Shown here: positions 10,203 to 19,400 of the stretch, one piece after another
Layout: each line of letters starts with the position of its first letter
How positions within the stretch are numbered: position 1 is the first letter of the stretch
Origin: an uncultured Verrucomicrobiae bacterium
Lineage (GTDB): Bacteria; Verrucomicrobiota; Verrucomicrobiia; Limisphaerales; Palsa-1400
Direction of reading: 5' to 3'
Assembly (NCBI GenBank): GCA_963702845.1
Contig: OY969763.1
Span: 3,520,001 to 3,584,000 of the forward strand
DNA: 64,000 nucleotides
Program-made: the position numbers and the translations under genes
Notes under the pieces: generated by a model
The model's database searches: none
What the model saw: only the letters and a program-made list of their open reading frames with translations
What the model was told of the DNA's origin: nothing

Positions 10203-10757
10203 TCACCACGCCCGCGACAACCGCAATCCCCAATACGTGCTCGAGACCTCCGGCTCGATTTTCCAACCCTTATACGGTCGCGTGAAAATGTAACTGCTGA
10301 CAATCCCAATTCCCGCCCCCGCAACCACATCCTTCGGCCAATGATTATGAGACTCCACGCGGCTGTAGGCGACCCACGATGCCGCCGCATAACTCGGAAC
10401 TCCATACCACCATCCGTAACGCTTGCGCATGAATTCCGCCGCCATGAATGAAATCGACGTATGCCCCGAAGGCATCGAGTAATTGCCGCCGTTAGGCCGG
10501 GTCTCGTTCAAACCATATTTCAAGCCGTAGGTCACACCCTGGGACAGGAGGATCGATTCGCCGAGCTGGATCGCGCCCGGTTTATCTTTGTAAGCCAGCG
10601 TCAGCGTGGCTGCTGTCGCGGGCAGAACAAATTGCAAAATATCCCCCGAAGTCGCAATCGCACTACTCGCAACTGCTTGCGCAGTCACGACGGTGAGAAA
10701 CATCAGGACGAGAGGGTACACGGAAATCCGCGCGAGGGGGCGGCGGCTGGTTGTCAT
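10203..10757 (-). CDS. PAP2-family phosphatase
   Basis: K...RP, SMPSGH and SRVESHNHWPKDV motifs; signal-peptide-like N-terminus. Confidence 0.88.
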   Translation of the reverse strand: MTTSRRPLARISVYPLVLMFLTVVTAQAVASSAIATSGDILQFVLPATAATLTLAYKDKPGAIQLGESILLSQGVTYGLKYGLNETRPNGGNYSMPSGHTSISFMAAEFMRKRYGWWYGVPSYAAASWVAYSRVESHNHWPKDVVAGAGIGIVSSYIFTRPYKGWKIEPEVSSTYWGLRLSRAW

Positions 10758-10920
10758 TCCACAATGATGCTTTCAATCCAAAGCGGCCGACGAAAGATTT
10801 ATTACACCGCAGATGAAATAATTAGTTGGACTCAGAAAATGTGCAGATTGACAGCGAAGCGTTGCGTGCGAGTGCCAGCACGATTTTTTAGTGTACAGGC
10901 AAAAAGGCAAACGATGCGCA

Positions 10921-10964
10921 AAAACTTTACCGTTTCTTTACCGTCTCTTTACCGAATTTGACCG
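10921..10964. repeat. TT(T/G)ACCG repeats at 10-11-bp period; dispersed second copy at 59333-59367
   Basis: aaaactttaccgtttctttaccgtctctttaccga vs aaaacttgaccgtttctttaccgtttcttgaccga. Confidence 0.9.
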
Positions 10965-11200
10965 GTAAGGGGTTTCGCGCGACGGGCGTGAAGGAGCCGA
11001 AGCATTTCATCGATCGCGAATTGCGAATTGCGGATTGGTCATAAAGGGACAAAGGTTCCGACCGGCGACGGCCGAAATGATGCAAAAATGATGCAGAAAC
11101 GATGCAATTTTCTTCGAGGCCGGTCTTCATTGTGATTCGCGTTTTTGACATGCCTAGGCCAGAGAGGGGGGGTAGGCCTACCCCCATCCCCCCTCTGGAC

Positions 11201-11281
11201 CCGTCAGGCCGTCAGGAATGTTGATGGTCAAAGGGTTGAGAGGTAAGTTAGCCGTCAGGCTGACGGCAGGCACCCGTCAGG
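11201..11281. repeat. 4 x CCGTCAGG plus one inverted CTGACGG
   Basis: Copies at 11201, 11209, 11252 and 11274, inverted at 11260; spacer ttgatggtcaaagggttg. Confidence 0.9.
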
Positions 11282-11305
11282 GCTGCAGTTTTTCGAGCGG
11301 GACAT

Positions 11306-11376
11306 GTGACCAAAAGGTGACCAAAAGGTGACCAAAAGGTGACCAAAAGGTGACCAAAGGTGACCAAAGGTGACCA
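11306..11376. repeat. 7 x GTGACCA(AA)(A)G tandem repeat (10-11-bp period)
   Basis: GTGACC at 11306, 11317, 11328, 11339, 11350, 11360 and 11370. Confidence 0.95.
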
Positions 11377-11411
11377 GATGACGGATGACGGATGTCCGGG
11401 CCGCGTTCGCA

Positions 11412-12380
11412 CTATTCCCCAACCATCCCTATCGTCCTCAACCACCTCTCCGCCAGCTCAGGCCATCCCGTGATCGGAAACTTCGTCGAGCGCAACCCGA
11501 ACGCATGTTTCCCTTCCGCATACAAATGCATCTCCACGGGAACCTTGGCGTTCTTCAGCGCAATATAGTAAACAAGCGAGTCGTTTACGTTGTCCACCGG
11601 ATCGTTCTCTGCCTGGAGTAAAAACGTAGGCGACGTCTGGCGCGTGATGCGCGTCGCAATGTCTGGATTCAGGTCAAAATTCGGATTCTCCGTTTCCGTC
11701 CAGTCCCATAAATGCCCCGGATAAAGAGCGAGCGCAAAATCCGGGCGGCAGCTTGCCTTGTCAGCCGCATCCACCGCCGGATACAAACGCTGCCCAAAAT
11801 GCGTGCTCATGGCTGCCACCAGATGTCCGCCGGCCGAAAACCCAAGCACGCCAATCTTATTCGGATCAATATGCCATTCAGCAGCGTGAAAACGTACCAA
11901 CCCAACCGTCCTCTGCGCATCCTCCAGCGCCATCGGTGCTTTCGGTGCGACGTGACGCTTCAGTTGCGCATCCCAATGTGGCCCGGAATCCGGCACGCGA
12001 TATTTCAACAGCACACCCGTGATCCCCTTGGACGTCAGCCAATCACACACCTCCGTCCCTTCAAGATCCATGGCCAGGACACGATAACCTCCGCCGGGAA
12101 AAATGACCACTGCAACGCCCGTATTCCTTCCCTTCGGCGAATAAACCGTCATCGTCGGCTGCGAAACATTCGTCACGATAACGACCGGTTTGCCGGCAAT
12201 CAGATCAGTTGACGTCATGACACCTTCCGGCCCCGGAGCTGGATGCGCATCCGGCACCGCCGCCGGCCAGATTCGGATTTGCGTATGACCCGCCGACGGC
12301 TCCCAGATATTCGTCTGCGCGCACAAACCCGTACACGCCAAGACAAAGCAGAGCCCAAAGAGAAAACGTTTTACCTCCAT
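11412..12380 (-). CDS. Secreted alpha/beta hydrolase (acetyl esterase / BD-FAE-like)
   Basis: PGGGY, GFSAGGH, RPDFALALYPG, AENDPV, GKHAFG; signal peptide MEVKRFLFGLCFVLACTGLCA. Confidence 0.88.
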   Translation of the reverse strand: MEVKRFLFGLCFVLACTGLCAQTNIWEPSAGHTQIRIWPAAVPDAHPAPGPEGVMTSTDLIAGKPVVIVTNVSQPTMTVYSPKGRNTGVAVVIFPGGGYRVLAMDLEGTEVCDWLTSKGITGVLLKYRVPDSGPHWDAQLKRHVAPKAPMALEDAQRTVGLVRFHAAEWHIDPNKIGVLGFSAGGHLVAAMSTHFGQRLYPAVDAADKASCRPDFALALYPGHLWDWTETENPNFDLNPDIATRITRQTSPTFLLQAENDPVDNVNDSLVYYIALKNAKVPVEMHLYAEGKHAFGLRSTKFPITGWPELAERWLRTIGMVGE

Positions 12381-12442
12381 CCCGCAGATGACACGCAAAG
12401 CGCCGGCCTCCGTCAAGCGAGAGTTCGAAAAGAATCACGATT

Positions 12443-12494
12443 ATGACTTATCGTCCATAGATTTTCAGCCGCGTTTCCATGGACTATAAGTCAT
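12443..12494. promoter_or_regulatory. C-box-like double operator upstream of the controller gene
   Basis: atgacttatcgtccat (12443-12458) and atggactataagtcat (12479-12494) form an inverted pair with 1 mismatch, each GACT-N3-(A/C)GTC; the second overlaps the ATG. Confidence 0.75.
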
Positions 12495-12720
12495 GGCGAA
12501 ACGCAACCAAATCCTCACCGCCTTCGGCTCCAATGTCCGGAAGAAGCGAGAGGCTCTAGATTTTACTCAAGAACGCCTGGCCGAAAAAGCCAACCTTGAT
12601 CAGACCTACATATCGGGCATTGAACGCGGCATTCGCAATCCAAGTGTTCTCAGCATCGTCCGTTTGGCAGTGGCGTTGGGGACGACAGTTTCAGACCTCA
12701 GCAAAGGGATTGAAAAGTGA
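12493..12720 (+). CDS. XRE-family HTH regulator, probable R-M controller (C) protein
   Basis: FGSNVRKKR...TQERLAEKANLDQTYISGIERGIRNPS; C-box upstream; overlaps the MTase start. Confidence 0.85.
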   Translation: MAKRNQILTAFGSNVRKKREALDFTQERLAEKANLDQTYISGIERGIRNPSVLSIVRLAVALGTTVSDLSKGIEK

Positions 12721-13886
12721 GGTCTCGTTCCGAAAAATCTGCAGGTAGCGCTAGCAAAGTTCAGCATTTGCGAGAAGACATCGTTCCGTATCGCATCAAT
12801 GGCGAAACTCATCAGCAGCCTCTCAAATTTATCGACCTTTTTTGTGGTATTGGTGGGTTTCGTATCGCATTTGAAAAAACAGGTTGCGAATGCGTTTTTT
12901 CTTCAGATTGGGATAAGCATTCGCAAGTCACCTACGAGGCAAACTTCGGCGAGAAACCCCACGGGGATATTCATTCCGTAGCAATCGCCGATATTCCGAA
13001 ACACGACATCCTATGTGGCGGATTTCCCTGCCAACCATTTAGTCTCGCTGGTGTTTCCAAGAAAAACAGTCTCGGCCGCAAACATGGCTTCGCCGATGAG
13101 AAACAAGGCAATCTTTTTTTCACAATCGCCGATATTTTGGAATACCATCGGCCGTCTGCATTCGTTTTGGAAAATGTTAAGCATCTCGTAAGGCACGATC
13201 AAGGTCGCACGTTCAAAATCATATATGACACACTCACCGATGCCCTCGGTTACCAAGTGTACTGGCGGATCATCAACGCTCAATGCGTCGTACCACAGCA
13301 ACGACAGCGCATCTTTCTTGTCGGTTTCAAGCCAGGGCGTGCTTTCGAGTTCCCGGAGTTTCCAGTCGAAGGACCGAAGCTATCGACGATACTTGACGAG
13401 CAAGTGCCGGACAAATATACCCTGACAGATCACCTTTGGAATTACCTTCAGAACTACGCAAAAAAACATCAAGCGGCGGGAAATGGATTTGGTTTCGGAC
13501 TTTTCACAGGCAATGATGTAGCCAGAACGCTCAGCGCTCGTTACCACAAGGACGGTTCGGAAGTGCTTATTTCACAGGGACCGCGAAAAAATCCGAGAAG
13601 GTTAACTCCTCGGGAGTGCGCACGGCTCATGGGTTACCCAAACAATTTCAAAATACCAGTATCTGATACCCAGGCATATCGACAATTCGGAAATTCTGTT
13701 GTAGTTCCGGTCGTTGAGCGCATCGCAAGAAGTGTGGTAGAGACCTTAAGAAGGCCAGTTGACTATCGCCCAGATTTGACCCTTGAAGATAAGAAGCGTT
13801 TGCAAATCCAAGCCGCCACTCCTGCGCTTGAGCCCATCCGTTATGTGATTAAGAAAAAACGTTCCCGAAAAGCGGCTTCCAAATAA
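12717..13886 (+). CDS. dcm: DNA (cytosine-5) methyltransferase, Dcm/M.EcoRII-like
   Basis: FIDLFCGIGG, GFPCQPFS, ENV, QQRQRIF, TLSARYHKDGSE, PRRLTPRECARLMG, SDTQAYRQFGNSV. Confidence 0.92.
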   Translation: MRSRSEKSAGSASKVQHLREDIVPYRINGETHQQPLKFIDLFCGIGGFRIAFEKTGCECVFSSDWDKHSQVTYEANFGEKPHGDIHSVAIADIPKHDILCGGFPCQPFSLAGVSKKNSLGRKHGFADEKQGNLFFTIADILEYHRPSAFVLENVKHLVRHDQGRTFKIIYDTLTDALGYQVYWRIINAQCVVPQQRQRIFLVGFKPGRAFEFPEFPVEGPKLSTILDEQVPDKYTLTDHLWNYLQNYAKKHQAAGNGFGFGLFTGNDVARTLSARYHKDGSEVLISQGPRKNPRRLTPRECARLMGYPNNFKIPVSDTQAYRQFGNSVVVPVVERIARSVVETLRRPVDYRPDLTLEDKKRLQIQAATPALEPIRYVIKKKRSRKAASK

Positions 13887-13896
13887 ATCGCTCCCA

Positions 13897-15111
13897 ATGG
13901 CCACACTTTTCGAATACGCGATAGCTGTGGCGGCAAAAGCCGGTAGAACAATCGTTTCCGGTCAAGTTTTCGCGAAGGTCCTAACTCGGAATGACGATGC
14001 CGGTCGGCACGGCGTATTGATCCCAAGCGAGGCCTACACGTTTTTTCCGAATCTTCCGATTCCAGATCCAACGCAAAACGCGACTGAAACATTCGAGGTA
14101 TTTGATGCGCTTTCGGCGACTCGGCGGAAGGTGGCGTTCAAATATTATCAGCGCTATCCCGAACGGAGAATAACCTGCGTTCACCCGATCCTAAATGATC
14201 TAGACAGCGGTAAGCGGCTGTTTATCGCGCTTCAGCTCAAACATTCAGACGGAACTACGAATTATTACTTCGACTATGCAAATTCCGCACTGGGTGGACG
14301 ATTTAACGAACTTTTCCGTCTCATTTTCGGTGAGCAAGTAGCGGATGTTCCAGCCAACTTTGTAATTAGGCCCGTTGATGTGGCCGCTTTTGCCACCGAT
14401 GAATCGTTAGCCGAGTTGTTGCGCAAGTTTGACGAGGTCAAGAGTTCAGGGTGGATCGATGCTATGCGTTTGGGCGACACGGGAATCGGCTATACATTTG
14501 AAACGCTCTTAGGGATCAAGGAAAATAATGACGAGTTTGGCGATTTTCGTGGGATCGAACTCAAATGCCAAAAAATCAAAGAAGGACGAACAACAGGCAC
14601 AGGAAAAATTAATCTTTTCCAAGAAGGACCAGTTTGGCTATCGAAAACAAGCGCCCGAGATCGCATTCGAATTCTAGGTCAAAAACGAGTCGATGGGTTA
14701 TACGCGTGTCATTCGCAGCTTTCCACAACTGCAAATAACCTGGGTTTACTTTTGGACGTTATTCGCTCTCAAAGCAAAATTGATTTGCGTAAGCATGCTG
14801 ATCCAGTCGGTTACTGGACATTTAAACAGCTGGAGCAACGACTAATAGAAAAGCATTCTCGCGCGGCTTTCGTGAAAGCAAAGACCCGCAGTATTCGGGG
14901 CACAACGCAATACGCGTATGACGAATTGGTCTATTGTGATAGGCCGAGCATTCAAAAGTTTATTGACCTAATTGACAGGCGAAACATCGTCTTCGAATTT
15001 ATTATGTCCGAACGCTCGAATGGCGAAATCCGGAACCATGGTTATCCGTGGCGACTAATACGTGCAGAGTTTCTGGACAACCTGTTCGCCTTTCGCATCA
15101 AACTTCGCTGA
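13897..15111 (+). CDS. Restriction endonuclease, MvaI/BcnI family with extra N-terminal domain
   Basis: C-terminal GDTGIGYTFETLLGIKENND...DFRGIELK...RNHGYPWR; N-terminal KVLTRND...HGVLIP resembles the EcoRII N-terminal domain; follows the MTase. Confidence 0.75.
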   Translation: MATLFEYAIAVAAKAGRTIVSGQVFAKVLTRNDDAGRHGVLIPSEAYTFFPNLPIPDPTQNATETFEVFDALSATRRKVAFKYYQRYPERRITCVHPILNDLDSGKRLFIALQLKHSDGTTNYYFDYANSALGGRFNELFRLIFGEQVADVPANFVIRPVDVAAFATDESLAELLRKFDEVKSSGWIDAMRLGDTGIGYTFETLLGIKENNDEFGDFRGIELKCQKIKEGRTTGTGKINLFQEGPVWLSKTSARDRIRILGQKRVDGLYACHSQLSTTANNLGLLLDVIRSQSKIDLRKHADPVGYWTFKQLEQRLIEKHSRAAFVKAKTRSIRGTTQYAYDELVYCDRPSIQKFIDLIDRRNIVFEFIMSERSNGEIRNHGYPWRLIRAEFLDNLFAFRIKLR

Positions 15112-15585
15112 TTACGAAAAGTTTTTTGGAAATCGCAAGCAGCGCTTTGCCCATCCGTTTAAGTTAGCTGTATTGACGCGACACTCCCAAATCACAACTG
15201 AACGCCACCCGAGCTTCCGCATCGCACGTTGATGAATCTTGTCGCGTGCGGCATTCCCATTCAGTTTCGCCAGCCAGAATTTTCTGCGGTTCGTCGGTGT
15301 CGTGCAGTTTTTGCAACCTTTATGCCGATGCCAGAAGCAGCCGTGAACGAAGATGGCGGTTTTGTATTTGGGTAGAATGATGTCGGGGCGGACGTAAATT
15401 GTCTTTGGTTGAGAGTTGAGTGTTGAGGGGGGAATCGCAATGCGGACGTGGAGGCGGAAGCGGTAGCCCATTTTGTGCAGGAGGCTGCGCACGATTTTTT
15501 CGGGCGTGGTGTCCTTTCCCTTAATCCGGCTCATGTTCCATGAGCGTCGCGCTTTGGTGAGACGATCTTTAGATACGGGTTTCAC
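15112..15585 (-). CDS. vsr: Very short patch repair endonuclease Vsr
   Basis: RSWNMSRIKGKDTTPE, PDIILPKY, FVHGCFWHRH, FWLAKLNGNAARD, VIWEC. Confidence 0.93.
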   Translation of the reverse strand: MKPVSKDRLTKARRSWNMSRIKGKDTTPEKIVRSLLHKMGYRFRLHVRIAIPPSTLNSQPKTIYVRPDIILPKYKTAIFVHGCFWHRHKGCKNCTTPTNRRKFWLAKLNGNAARDKIHQRAMRKLGWRSVVIWECRVNTANLNGWAKRCLRFPKNFS

Positions 15586-15601
15586 GAATCACAGGAATTC
15601 T

Positions 15602-15667
15602 AACGCAAAGTCGCAAAGACCCGAAGGTGGAAATTGAAACCGCTCATCTGCGCTAATCAACGCTAAT
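15602..15667. repeat. Composite dispersed repeat; second copy at 21102-21183
   Basis: aacgcaaagtcgcaaag ... ctcatctgcgcta ... cgctaat occur in the same order and orientation at both loci. Confidence 0.8.
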
Positions 15668-15691
15668 GGGACGGGCGTTTTTTCATTTTGC

Positions 15692-15739
15692 TCCCAGAGC
15701 GTTGCCCCGGGCTGGGGCTGAAGCGCGCCTTTGGCGCTT
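15692..15739. repeat. 48-bp palindromic REP-like element, copy 1
   Basis: tcccagagcgttgccccgggctggggctgaagcgcgcctttggcgctt; 45/48 identical to 16347-16394. Confidence 0.9.
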
Positions 15740-15798
15740 TGGAAGTGATCTTGTTTATTTTACCGGAGCATTTTCAGCGCTGTTCCGTCTAATCGTTC

Positions 15799-16317
15799 AT
15801 GAAGTCTCAAACGATTGCGGTTATGGTGGCAGCGCTGACGATGACAGGCTTGGTTTCAGCGCAAACGAACAACATCCCGAACCGCCTGATCGATTACGCC
15901 GCTTTCCAGAAACAAGTCAAAGAAGTCGGACAATGGCGCGAAGGACATCGGCTGACGGAAGAGCAATTTGTCGAGGCGTCGAGGCAACGCGACACCATCA
16001 TCCTCGATGCGCGCAGCAAGGATAAATACGCCCTGCTCCATATCGAAGGAGCGATTAACCTGCCGCTAACGGACTTCACTGCGGCCGAGTTGGCCAGGGT
16101 GATTCCCACGAAAGCCACACGCATCGTCATCTACTGCAACAACAACTTCCTCGACAGCCCGCGTGCGTTCGCGACCAAAGCAGCCCCGGCGTCGCTCAAT
16201 CTTTACACGTTCAACAACCTGGTCAGCTACGGTTACACGAACGTTTACGAACTCGGTCCCCTGCTCGACACCCACGCTACCAAAATCCGATTGGCAGGAA
16301 CGGATTCGCGCCAGTGA
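15799..16317 (+). CDS. Secreted rhodanese-like domain protein
   Basis: Signal peptide; IILDARS...HIEGAINLP...IVIYCNNNF. Confidence 0.85.
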   Translation: MKSQTIAVMVAALTMTGLVSAQTNNIPNRLIDYAAFQKQVKEVGQWREGHRLTEEQFVEASRQRDTIILDARSKDKYALLHIEGAINLPLTDFTAAELARVIPTKATRIVIYCNNNFLDSPRAFATKAAPASLNLYTFNNLVSYGYTNVYELGPLLDTHATKIRLAGTDSRQ

Positions 16318-16346
16318 TGAATTGGATTTTGGGGCGCCTAATTTGA

Positions 16347-16394
16347 TCCCAGGGCGTTGCCCTGGGCTGCGGCTGAAGCGCGCCTTTGGCGCTT
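16347..16394. repeat. 48-bp palindromic REP-like element, copy 2
   Basis: tcccagggcgttgccctgggctgcggctgaagcgcgcctttggcgctt. Confidence 0.9.
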
Positions 16395-16402
16395 CGGGAC
16401 GC

Positions 16403-19400
16403 CTAGTGACCAATAAGGACGAGGTTGTGGTTTGCGCCGGTGGCGATGGCGGTCGCAGGTCCGGGTAATTGCGGTGGGTTAAGTTGGCCGTAGGTATTGT
16501 CACCCCAGCAATAGATCGTGCCGTCGTCCGTCAATGCAATCGTGTGAGAGTCGCCGGCGCCGACCTGCATAACGTCGGTCAATTCTTCAGGCGGAGTGCA
16601 TTGGCCAAACGTATTGTCGCCCCAACAGATCGCGGTGAGTTGACCATAGTCATCGTACCCCGTCGCGACGCTGTGGAACTTCCCGGCGGCGATTGCCGAG
16701 GGAGGAAAGTAGTACCGCCCGCTGGGGGTAAGAATTGACCAGTTCACGCGGGATGGGATGTCGATTTCTCCGTGGAGGTCGGCGCCCCAGCCGTGGAGTC
16801 CAGCGGTATCGCTCCAATCGAACGAATGGTCACCGCCAGCGGCGATCATGCTGCTGTAGTAGTAGATGTCGCATTGGCCGTTGCTGTTGTCGCCCCATGC
16901 AGCGACTTGATGATTGATGGTCAGGGCGACGTTGTGGTGGTCACCAGCGGCGATGGCGATGATGGTCTTGGGCAAGTTGGTTGGCGCATGGCATTGGCCG
17001 AATTGATTATTCCCCCACCCCACAATTGTTCCGTCGTTGCGCAGCGCGAGGCTGTGACTACGTCCTGCGGAAATGGCGACAACGTTTCGTAATCCAACGG
17101 GAACGGTGCATTGGCCGTCGGCGTTGGATCCCCACGCGACCACGGTGCCGTTGGCGCGAAGCGCGAGGCTGTGGGAACCACCCGCGGCGATAGCGATTGC
17201 GTTAGTAAGGTTTTGCGGCGGCGTGGACTGGCCGGCGCTGTTGTCGCCCCAGGCATAAACTCGCGATGGAACGGGCGCGACGATGAGGTGCGTGGCGGTG
17301 CCGTCGCTGGCAAATCTGTTTTGCGCGCCGACTTCGTAAGTGTCTGAATCGGCGGCAGTGACACTGGGAATCGTAAGGGTCGGGCCATCGACGATGACGC
17401 GCCATCCTGGTCCGGAATTCGGCGGTCCACCAAGGCGGTAGATATTGCGATACCACTCGTAAGCGATGGGTTTATCTCCCGCGATCGCGCGAGTGCGGAG
17501 CGTGACGTCGTGGCCAGTGATGGCGAGTGTGCTCGGCGGAAGCGCGACGAGTTTCGGCCGCACGTGGATTTTGAGATCGCAACTGGCGCTGCTGCGGCCA
17601 AGCGCGTTGGAGACGACGATTGTATATCTGCCGTCGAAGGACGTTGTGACTTTGCGAAGGTGGAGGAACTGGTTGTTCGCACGCGGGATGTTGTGGCCGT
17701 TAAGTTGCCATTGGTACCGCATCGGTTCGGAACCCGAAGCGCTGCAGTAGAAGGTCACGTCGCTGCCGTTTAAGGCGTTTTGCGCGGGCGGTGGCACCTG
17801 GTGCAAGAGTGGTCGTGTGCCGTGAACCGTGATGGTGAAATTGGTCGACGCGAAACCGTAAGCGTTGCTCGCGACAATCGTGTAGCGTCCTGCGTTGGTT
17901 CTCTGCGCGTCGCTTATTTGCAGAAAATTGTATGAGAAACCGGGAAACGGCGGGCGCTCGTGCGGGCGAGGCCAGATCGGTCGACCTTCGCGATACCATT
18001 GAAAGTTGATGGGTTCGGAACCTTTCGCTTGCAGGTAGAAGAAGGCGTTGTCACCAGCACGAACGCTTCTTGACTCAGGCGCGAGGGTGATAGTTGGTTT
18101 TGCGGGTTTGACGTGCAGGTGAGCTGGGCCGCGCGTTACATAGCTGCCGTCCCTGCGCAGAACGGTGGCGGTGTAGTCACCTTCATCGGCGGCTTGCACG
18201 TTGTCGATATCGAGGATGTAACTGTATTGGTAAGGGTAATCTTCACCGTTCCGTTTCCAGTCAACGATGTACACATCGTCTCCATCCAGGATGGGTCTGA
18301 AGGTCGCTTTGCTGCCGGCTTCGATAGTTTGGCTGACAGGTTCAATCGAGAAAGCAGCATCGACAACGACAATGTTGAAGGAGGAGGTTTCGATGTTGGT
18401 GCCGAGGGTGGCGGTGCAGGTGACGACGTTTGTGCCAACTGGAAAGTAGGAGAACGGCAGCGGGTCGCAGGCGACTGTCGCTTCTGGAGCAGCGGTGGCG
18501 AAAGGAAAGTCGACGATGGCGTAGGGTTCACCCGGCTGAACAACGACGGTGATGTCATTCGGGCAGACGAGACCGATGCAACGATTGCCCGGGTGGGCGG
18601 GATCGAATTCGAACGCGCCGATGTCGACGATGGCAACAGGGCCGGTGTTGGTTTTGCTCAAGACATTTCCAGTGCCACCCATGAGCGCACGAGGGTTGTT
18701 GTCAAAATCATTTTGGGGGAGATCCTGGACCATCGCACCGACGTCAATGCCCGGTGAGTTGGTGAGGAGCCGGAAGTTGAAACTTTCAGGGCAAACGAAC
18801 GCCGGCGGCGCGGAAATGTTTCCGTTGATGCCGATTTGCTCGACCATGGTGTAGCTTTGGCTGGGATAGATAAGGTTGTTTTTCCAGTCGGGCAGCACGG
18901 TTTCTCCAAACCGAAAAGTAACCTCCAGTTGAGTGCCGTTGTCTGCGAGCAAATTGTTCGCGAGGTCGTCGCCAGCATCATGACTGTAGGTAGCGAGACG
19001 AATACCGGCGGTATTGCCCACCAATGTGTTGTTGACGACGACGCGGCGGTTTTGTTCGGGCATGTCGAGGTTGATGGCAGCGCAGGCATTGCTGACGAAA
19101 ACGTTATTCGCAATGACAGGCGAGGAGGCGTCGGCAAAGCTGATCGCGCCGTTATGCCACTCGTAGGAAACGTTGTTCTGGAAGGTGTTGTTGATGATGA
19201 GAGGCGAGGCGTCGGTGCCTTCGATGGCTGCGCCGTCTGCGAAGCCGCCCTCGTTCAGTCGGAAAATGTTACTGACGATCGTTGGCGAACTTCCTCCGAG
19301 AGTGATGCCGCCGCCACGAACGGAGAGTCCCTTTTGGATGGTGAAGCCGCGGATTTGGGTGGTGGGTTGTTCGTGAGTCCAACAGGTGATCACCGCGCCC

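Noticed and set aside
11306..11376. Tandem repeat as a CRISPR array
   Set aside because: Units are 10-11 bp with no unique spacers, and there are no cas genes in the window.
15692..16394. Integron attC cassette
   Set aside because: The repeats lack RYYYAAC...GTTRRRY ends, and no IntI gene is present.
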